A DNA stretch of 64,000 bases, taken from positions 37,946,001-38,010,000 of the forward strand of contig NC_087251.1 of the NCBI RefSeq assembly GCF_037042905.1, in the 5' to 3' direction. The position numbers and the translations under genes are program-made. Shown one piece after another: positions 54,601 to 64,000 of this stretch (its first letter is position 1; each line of letters begins with the position of its first letter). This stretch comes from Lytechinus pictus (lineage: Eukaryota). The notes below the pieces were generated by a model. That model did not search any database, was not told the origin of the DNA, and worked only from the letters and a program-made list of their open reading frames with translations.

Positions 54601-57600
54601 AGACGATCCAAGGAGTTTGAATTTTCGACCCCCTCGCCCCACCCGCGACATGGAAAATTGGGCAAAATTGGGCAAAATTGAGCAAAATATTATTTGTTCA
54701 ATATTTCCCCCGAAACCCCCCCAAATCAGCCGTCTTAGCTCCCTGGGATGTTTTAGCATCCTAACCGATTATTACAGCGAGAATCAAGAGGATCCAGGGA
54801 GTTTGAATTTTCGACCCCCTCGCCCCACCCGCGACATGGAAAATTGGGCAAAATTGGCCAAAATTGAGCAAAATATTATTTGTTCAATATTTCCCCCGAA
54901 ACCCCCCCAAATCAGCCGTCTTCGCTCCCTGGGATGTTTTAGCATCCTAACCGACTATTACAGCGAGAATCAAGAGAATCAAGACGATCCAAGGAGTTTG
55001 AATTTTCGACCCCCTCGCCCCACCCGCGACATGGAAAATTTGGCAAAATTGGCCAAAATTGAGCAAAATAATATTTGTTCAATATTTCCCCCCAAACCCC
55101 CCCCAAATCAGCCGTCTTCACTCCCTGGGATGTTTTAGCATCCTAACCGATTATTACAGCGAGAATCAAGAGGATCCAGGGAGTTTGAATTTTCGACCCC
55201 CTCGCCCCACCCGCGACATGGAAAATTGGGCAAAATTGGGCAAAATTGAGCAAAATATTATTTGTTCAATATTTCCCCCGAAACCCCCCCAAATCAGCCG
55301 TCGTAGCTCCCTGGGATGTTTTAGCATCCTAACCGATTATTACAGCGAGAATCAAGAGGATCCAGGGAGTTTGAATTTTCGTCCCCCTCGCGATGGAAAA
55401 TTGGGCAAAATTGGCCAAAATTGAGCAAAATATTATTTGTTCAATATTTCCCCCGAAACCCCCCCAAATCAGCCGTCGTAGCTCCCTGGGATGTTTTAGC
55501 ATCCTAACCGATTATTACAGCGAGAATCAAGAGAATCAAGACGATCCAGGGAGTTTGAATTTTCGACCCCCTCGCCCCACCCGCGACATGGAAAATTGGG
55601 CAAAATTGGCCAAAATTGAGCAAAATAATATTTGTTCAATATTTCCCCCGAACCCCCCCCCCCCAAATCAGCCGTCTTCGCTCCCTGGGATGTTTTAGCA
55701 TCCTAACCGATTATTACAGCGAGAATCAAGAGGATCCAGGGAGTTTGAATTTTCGACCCCCTCGCCCCACCCGCGACATGGAAAATTGGGCAAAATTGGC
55801 CAAAATTGAGCAAAATATTATTTGTTCAATATTTCCCCCGAAACCCCCCCAAATCAGCAGTCGTAGCTCCCTGGGATGTTTTAGCATCCTAACCGATTAT
55901 TACAGCGAGAATCAAGAGGATCCAGGGAGTTTGAATTTTCGTTCCCCTCGCGATGGAATTTTTGGGCAAAATTGGGCAAAATAATATTTGTTCAATATTT
56001 CCCCCGAAACCCCCCCAAATCAGCCGTCTTCGCTCCCTGGGATGTTTTAGCATCCTAACCGATTATTACAGCGAGAATCAAGAGAATCAAGACGATCCAG
56101 GGAGTTTGAATTTTCGACCCCCTCGCCCCACCCGCGACATGGAAAATTGGGCAAAATTGGCCAAAATTGAGCAAAATAATATTTGTTCAATATTTCCCCC
56201 GAAACCCCCCCAAATCAGCCGTCTTCGCTCCCTGGGATGTTTTAGCATCCTAACCGATTATTACAGCGAGAATCAAGAGGATCCAGGGAGTTTGAATTTT
56301 CGACCCCCTCGCCCCACCCGCGACATGGAAAATTGGGCAAAATTGAGCAAAATAATATTTGTTCAATATTTCCCCCGAAACCCCCCCAAATCAGCCGTCT
56401 TCGCTCCCTGGGATGTTTTAGCATCCTAACCGATTACTACAGCGAGAATCATGAGGATCCAGGGAGTTTGAATTTTCGACCCCCTCGCCCCACCCGCGAC
56501 ATGGAAAATTGGGCAAAATTGGCCAAAATTGAGCAGAATATTATTTCTTCAATATTTCCCCCGAAACCCCCCAAAATCAGCCGTCGTAGCTCCCTGGGAT
56601 GTTTTAGCATCCTAACCGATTATTACAGCGAGAATCAAGAGAATCAAGAAGATCCAGGGAGTTTGAATTTTCGACCCCCTCGCCCCACCCGCGACATGGA
56701 AAATTGGGCAAAATTGGCCAAAATTGAGCAAAATAATATTTGTTCAATATTTCCCCCGAAACCCCCCCAAATCAGCCGTCTTCGCTCCCTGGGATGTTTT
56801 AGCATCCTAACCGATTATTACAGCGAGAATCAAGAGGATCCAGGGAGTTTGAATTTTCGACCCCCTCGCCCCACCCGCGACATGGAAAATTGGGCAAAAT
56901 TGGGCAAAATTGAGCAAAATAATATTTGTTCAATATTTCCCCCGAAACCCCCCCAAATCAGCCGTCTTCGCTCCCTGGGATGTTTTAACATCCTAACCGA
57001 TTATTACAGCGAGAATCAAATGGATCCAGAGAGTTTGAATTTTCGACCCCCTCGCCCCACCCGCGACATGGAAAATTGGGCAAAATTGGCCAAAATTGAG
57101 CAAAATAATATTTGTTCAATATTTCCCACGAAACCCCCCCAAATCAGCCGTCTTCGCTCCCTGGGATGTTTTATTATCCTAACCGATTATTACAGCGAGA
57201 ATCAAGAGAATCAAGAGGATCCAGGAAGTTTGAAATTTCGACCCCCTCGCCCCTACCGCGACATGGAAAATTGGGCAAAATTTGCCAAAATTGAGCAAAA
57301 TAATATTTGTTCAATATTTCCCCCGAAACCCCCCCAAATCAGCCGTCTTCGCTCCCTGGGATGTTTTAACATCCTAACCGATTATTACAGCGAGAATCAA
57401 ATGGATCCAGGGAGTTTGAATTTTCGACCCCCTCGCCCCACCCGCGACATGGAAAATTGGGCAAAATTGGCCAAAATTGAGCAAAATAATATTTGTTCAA
57501 TAATTCCCCCGAAACCCCCCCAAATCAGCCGTCTTCGCTCCCTGGGATGTTTTAGCATCCTAACCGATTACTACAGCGAGAATCATGAGGATCCAGGGAG

Positions 57601-60600
57601 TTTGAATTTTTGACCCCCTCGCCCCACCCGCGACATGGAAAATTGGGCAAAATTGAGCAAAATATTATTTGTTCAATATTTCCCCCAAACCCCCCCAAAT
57701 CAGCCGTCTTCACTCCCTGGGATGTTTTAGCATCCTAACCGATTATTACAGCGAGAATCAAGAGGATCCAGGGAGTTTGAATTTTCGACCCCCTCGCCCC
57801 ACCCGCGACATGGAAAATTGGGCAAAATTGGCCAAAATTGAGCAAAACATTATTTGTTCAATATTTCCCCCGAAACCCCCCCAAATCAGCCGTCGTAGCT
57901 CCCTGGGATGTTTTAGCATCCTAACCGATTATTACAGCGAGAATCAAGAGGATCCAGGGAGTTTGAATTTTCGTCCCCCTCGCGATGGAAAATTGGGCAA
58001 AATTGGCCAAAATTGAGCAAAATATTATTTGTTCAATATTTCCCCCGAATCCCCCCCAAATCAGCCGTCTTTGCTCCCTGGGATGTTTTAGCATCCTAAC
58101 CGATTATTACAGCGAGAATCAAGAGAATCAAGACGATCCAAGGAGTTTGAATTTTCGACCCCCTCGCCCCACCCGCGACATGGAAAATTGGGCAAAATTG
58201 AGCAAAATATTATTTGTTCAATATTTCCCCCGAAACCCCCCCAAATCAGCCGTCGTCGCTCCCTGGGATGTTTTAGCATCCTAACCGATTACTACAGCGA
58301 GAATCATGAGGATCCAGGGAGTTTGAATTTTCGACCCCCTCGCCCCACCCGCGACATGGAAAATTGGGCAAAATTAGCCAAAATTGAGCAAAATATTATT
58401 TGTTCAATATTTCCCCCGAAACCCCCCCAAATCAGCCGTCTTCGCTCCCTGGGATGTTTTAGCATCCTAACCGATTATTACAGCGAGAATCAAGAGAATC
58501 AAGACGATCCAAGGAGTTTGAATTTTCGACCCCCTCGCCCCACCCGCGACATGGAAAATTGGGCAAAATTGGCCAAAATTGAGCAAAATAATATTTGTTC
58601 AATATTTCCCCCCAAACCCCCCCAAATCAGCCGTCTTCACTCCCTGGGATGTTTTAGCATCCTAACCGATTATTACAGCGAGAATCAAGAGGATCCAGGG
58701 AGTTTGAATTTTCGACCCCCTCGCCCCACCCGCGACATGGAAAATTGGGCAAAATTGGCCAAAATTGAGCAAAACATTATTTGTTCAATATTTCCCCCGA
58801 AACCCCCCCAAATCAGCCGTCGTAGCTCCCTGGGATGTTTTAGCATCCTAACCTATTATTACAGCGAGAATCAAGAGGATCCAGGGAGTTTGAATTTTCG
58901 TCCCCCTCGCGATGGAAAATTGGGCAAAATTGGCCAAAATTGAGCAAAATATTATTTGTTCAATATTTCCCCCGAAACCCCCCCAAATCAGCCGTCTTCG
59001 CTCCCTGGGATGTTTGAGCATCCTAACCGATTATTACAGCGAGAATCAAGAGAATCAAGACGATCCAAGGAGTTTGAATTTTCGACCCCCTCGCCCCACC
59101 CGCGACATGGAAAATTGGGCAAAATTGGGCAAAATTGAGCAAAATATCATTTGTTCAATATTTCCCCCGAAACCCCCCCAAATCAGCCGTCTTAGCTCCC
59201 TGGGATGTTTTAGCATCCTAACCGATTATTACAGCGAGAATCAAGAGGATCCAGGGAGTTTGAATTTTCGACCCCCTCGCCCCACCCGCGACATGGAAAA
59301 TTGGGCAAAATTGGCCAAAATTGAGCAAAATATTATTTGTTCAATATTTCCCCCGAAACCCCCCCAAATCAGCCGTCTTCGCTCCCTGGGATGTTTTAGC
59401 ATCCTAACCGACTATTACAGCGAGAATCAAGAGAATCAAGACGATCCAAGGAGTTTGAATTTTCGACCCCCTCGCCCCACCCGCGACATGGAAAATTGGG
59501 CAAAATTGGCCAAAATTGAGCAAAATAATATTTGTTCAATATTTCCCCCCAAACCCCCCCCAAATCAGCCGTCTTCACTCCCTGGGATGTTTTAGCATCC
59601 TAACCGATTATTACAGCGAGAATCAAGAGGATCCAGGGAGTTTGAATTTTCGACCCCCTCGCCCCACCCGCGACATGGAAAATTGGGCAAAATTGGGCAA
59701 AATTGAGCAAAATATTATTTGTTCAATATTTCCCCCGAAACCCCCCCAAATCAGCCGTCGTAGCTCCCTGGGATGTTTTAGCATCCTAACCGATTATTAC
59801 AGCGAGAATCAAGAGGATCCAGGGAGTTTGAATTTTCGTCCCCCTCGCGATGGAAAATTGGGCAAAATTGGCCAAAATTGAGCAAAATATTATTTGTTCA
59901 ATATTTCCCCCGAAACCCCCCCAAATCAGCCGTCGTAGCTCCCTGGGATGTTTTAGCATCCTAACCGATTATTACAGCGAGAATCAAGAGAATCAAGACG
60001 ATCCAGGGAGTTTGAATTTTCGACCCCCTCGCCCCACCCGCGACATGGAAAATTGGGCAAAATTGGCCAAAATTGAGCAAAATAATATTTGTTCAATATT
60101 TCCCCCGAACCCCCCCCCCAAATCAGCCGTCTTCGCTCCCTGGGATGTTTTAGCATCCTAACCGATTATTACAGCGAGAATCAAGAGGATCCAGGGAGTT
60201 TGAATTTTCGACCCCCTCGCCCCACCCGCGACATGGAAAATTGGGCAAAATTGGCCAAAATTGAGCAAAATATTATTTGTTCAATATTTCCCCCGAAACC
60301 CCCCCAAATCAGCCGTCGTAGCTCCCTGGGATGTTTTAGCATCCTAACCGATTATTACAGCGAGAATCAAGAGGATCCAGGGAGTTTGAATTTTCGTTCC
60401 CCTCGCGATGGAATTTTTGGGCAAAATTGGGCAAAATAATATTTGTTCAATATTTCCCCCGAAACCCCCCCAAATCAGCCGTCTTCGCTCCCTGGGATGT
60501 TTTAGCATCCTAACCGATTATTACAGCGAGAATCAAGAGAATCAAGACGATCCAGGGAGTTTGAATTTTCGACCCCCTCGCCCCACCCGCGACATGGAAA

Positions 60601-63600
60601 ATTGGGCAAAATTGGCCAAAATTGAGCAAAATAATATTTGTTCAATATTTCCCCCGAAACCCCCCCAAATCAGCCGTCTTCGCTCCCTGGGATGTTTTAG
60701 CATCCTAACCGATTATTACAGCGAGAATCAAGAGGATCCAGGGAGTTTGAATTTTCGACCCCCTCGCCCCACCCGCGACATGGAAAATTGGGCAAAATTG
60801 AGCAAAATAATATTTGTTCAATATTTCCCCCGAAACCCCCCCAAATCAGCCGTCTTCGCTCCCTGGGATGTTTTAGCATCCTAACCGATTACTACAGCGA
60901 GAATCATGAGGATCCAGGGAGTTTGAATTTTCGACCCCCTCGCCCCACCCGCGACATGGAAAATTGGGCAAAATTGGCCAAAATTGAGCAGAATATTATT
61001 TCTTCAATATTTCCCCCGAAACCCCCCAAAATCAGCCGTCGTAGCTCCCTGGGATGTTTTAGCATCCTAACCGATTATTACAGCGAGAATCAAGAGAATC
61101 AAGAAGATCCAGGGAGTTTGAATTTTCGACCCCCTCGCCCCACCCGCGACATGGAAAATTGGGCAAAATTGGCCAAAATTGAGCAAAATAATATTTGTTC
61201 AATATTTCCCCCGAAACCCCCCCAAATCAGCCGTCTTCGCTCCCTGGGATGTTTTAGCATCCTAACCGATTATTACAGCGAGAATCAAGAGGATCCAGGG
61301 AGTTTGAATTTTCGACCCCCTCGCCCCACCCGCGACATGGAAAATTGGGCAAAATTGGGCAAAATTGAGCAAAATAATATTTGTTCAATATTTCCCCCGA
61401 AACCCCCCCAAATCAGCCGTCTTCGCTCCCTGGGATGTTTTAACATCCTAACCGATTATTACAGCGAGAATCAAATGGATCCAGAGAGTTTGAATTTTCG
61501 ACCCCCTCGCCCCACCCGCGACATGGAAAATTGGGCAAAATTGGCCAAAATTGAGCAAAATAATATTTGTTCAATATTTCCCCCGAAACCCCCCCAAATC
61601 AGCCGTCTTCGCTCCCTGGGATGTTTTAGCATCCTAACCGATTATTACAGCGAGAATCAAGAGGATCCAGGGAGTTTGAATTTTCGACCCCCTCGCCCCA
61701 CCCGCGACATGGAAAATTGGGCAAAATTGAGCAAAATAATATTTGTTCAATATTTCCCCCGAAACCCCCCCAAATCAGCCGTCTTCGCTCCCTGGGATGT
61801 TTTAGCATCCTAACCGATTACTACAGCGAGAATCATGAGGATCCAGGGAGTTTGAATTTTCGACCCCCTCGCCCCACCCGCGACATGGAAAATTGGGCAA
61901 AATTGGCCAAAATTGAGCAGAATATTATTTCTTCAATATTTCCCCCGAAACCCCCCAAAATCAGCCGTCGTAGCTCCCTGGGATGTTTTAGCATCCTAAC
62001 CGATTATTACAGCGAGAATCAAGAGAATCAAGAAGATCCAGGGAGTTTGAATTTTCGACCCCCTCGCCCCACCCGCGACATGGAAAATTGGGCAAAATTG
62101 GCCAAAATTGAGCAAAATAATATTTGTTCAATATTTCCCCCGAAACCCCCCCAAATCAGCCGTCTTCGCTCCCTGGGATGTTTTAGCATCCTAACCGATT
62201 ATTACAGCGAGAATCAAGAGGATCCAGGGAGTTTGAATTTTCGACCCCCTCGCCCCACCCGCGACATGGAAAATTGGGCAAAATTGGGCAAAATTGAGCA
62301 AAATAATATTTGTTCAATATTTCCCCCGAAACCCCCCCAAATCAGCCGTCTTCGCTCCCTGGGATGTTTTAACATCCTAACCGATTATTACAGCGAGAAT
62401 CAAATGGATCCAGAGAGTTTGAATTTTCGACCCCCTCGCCCCACCCGCGACATGGAAAATTGGGCAAAATTGGCCAAAATTGAGCAAAATAATATTTGTT
62501 CAATATTTCCCACGAAACCCCCCCAAATCAGCCGTCTTCGCTCCCTGGGATGTTTTATTATCCTAACCGATTATTACAGCGAGAATCAAGAGAATCAAGA
62601 GGATCCAGGAAGTTTGAAATTTCGACCCCCTCGCCCCTACCGCGACATGGAAAATTGGGCAAAATTTGCCAAAATTGAGCAAAATAATATTTGTTCAATA
62701 TTTCCCCCGAAACCCCCCCAAATCAGCCGTCTTCGCTCCCTGGGATGTTTTAACATCCTAACCGATTATTACAGCGAGAATCAAATGGATCCAGGGAGTT
62801 TGAATTTTCGACCCCCTCGCCCCACCCGCGACATGGAAAATTGGGCAAAATTGGCCAAAATTGAGCAAAATAATATTTGTTCAATAATTCCCCCGAAACC
62901 CCCCCAAATCAGCCGTCTTCGCTCCCTGGGATGTTTTAGCATCCTAACCGATTACTACAGCGAGAATCATGAGGATCCAGGGAGTTTGAATTTTTGACCC
63001 CCTCGCCCCACCCGCGACATGGAAAATTGGGCAAAATTGAGCAAAATATTATTTGTTCAATATTTCCCCCGAAACCCCCCCAAATCAGCCGTCGTCGCTC
63101 CCTGGGATGTTTTAGCATCCTAACCGATTACTACAGCGAGAATCATGAGGATCCAGGGAGTTTGAATTTTCGATCCCCTCGCCCCACCCGCGACATGGAA
63201 AATTGGGCAAAATTGGCCAAAATTGAGCAAAATATTATTTGTTCAATATTTCCCCCGAAACCCCCCCAAATCAGCCGTCTTCGCTCCCTGGGATGTTTTA
63301 GCATCCTAACCGATTATTATAGCGAGAATCAAGAGAATCAAGAGGATCCAGGGAGTTTGAATTTTCGACCCCCTCGCCCCACCCGCGACATGGAAAATTG
63401 GGCAAAATTTGCCAAAATTGAGCAAAATAATATTTGTTCAATATTTCCCCCGAAACCCCCCCAAATCAGCCGTCTTCGCTCCCTGGGATGTTTTAGCATC
63501 CTAACCGATTACTACAGCGAGAATCATGAGGATCCAGGGAGTTTGAATTTTCGACCCCCTCGCCCCACCCGCGACATGGAAAATTGGGCAAAATTGGCCA

Positions 63601-64000
63601 AAATTGAGCAAAATATTATTTCTTCAATATTTCCCCCGAAACCCCCCAAAATCAGCCGTCGTAGCTCCCTGGGATGTTTTAGCATCCTAACCGATTATTA
63701 CAGCGAGAATCAAGAGAATCAAGAAGATCCAGGGAGTTTGAATTTTCGACCCCCTCGCCCCACCCGCGACATGGAAAATTGGGCAAAATTGGCCAAAATT
63801 GAGCAAAATAATATTTGTTCAATATTTCCCCCGAAACCCCCCCAAATCAGCCGTCTTCGCTCCCTGGGATGTTTTAGCATCCTAACCGATTATTACAGCG
63901 AGAATCAAGAGGATCCAGGGAGTTTGAATTTTCAACCCCCTCGCCCCACCATGGAAAATTGGGCAAAATTGGCAAAAATTGAGCAAAATAATATTTGTTC
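6622..64000. repeat. Tandem satellite DNA array, 186-bp monomer (variants about 155-204 bp), roughly 310 copies, one orientation, runs off the window end
   Basis: TAGCATCC starts at 6622 and recurs at 6808 (186 bp). Consensus: TAGCATCCTAACCGATTATTACAGCGAGAATCAAGAGGATCCAGGGAGTTTGAATTTTCGACCCCCTCGCCCCACCCGCGACATGGAAAATTGGGCAAAATTGGCCAAAATTGAGCAAAATAATATTTGTTCAATATTTCCCCCGAAACCCCCCCAAATCAGCCGTCTTCGCTCCCTGGGATGTTT. No insertion or inversion was seen on reading through. Copy number is estimated from length. Confidence 0.99.

Noticed and set aside
44521..60120. Long C-run variants (C10-C12 at about 44521, 47841, 55653, 60110) as functional phase switches
   Set aside because: Homopolymer slippage or long-read consensus error explains them, and there is no gene to switch.
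6596..63118. Many ORFs (up to 426 aa) encoding a 62-aa repeat MENWAKLAKIEQN..., including one starting at a flank ATG (6596)
   Set aside because: 186 bp is 62 codons and one frame happens to lack stops. The common -10 and -11 variants, C-run slippage and recurrent TGA break the frame every few units. Many substitutions change amino acids, and no domain is recognisable.
6622..64000. CRISPR array or prokaryotic repeat-associated system
   Set aside because: There are no unique spacers and no cas-like genes. The whole unit repeats, and the flank looks eukaryotic.

Overview
Eukaryotic, animal-like genomic DNA with no credible protein-coding gene. The repeat styles resemble marine invertebrate, possibly sea urchin, genomes; this is an inference and was not verified. 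Bases 1-6621 are an AT-rich flank holding several non-autonomous transposon-like elements (including a complete Helentron/HINE-type element at about 5122-5726), microsatellites, hairpins and two minus-strand exon-like segments. From 6622 to the window end (about 57.4 kb, roughly 310 copies) is one uninterrupted head-to-tail satellite array with a 186-bp, CpG-rich, BamHI-containing monomer. The monomer carries four A-tracts phased at exactly 10 bp and two dyad symmetries. Its common length variants (-10, -11, +9 bp) are each about one helical turn. The array is a patchwork of local higher-order duplications (2- to about 64-monomer offsets) with regionally restricted variants and many CpG transitions. 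The many ORFs in the array arise because the monomer length is divisible by 3.
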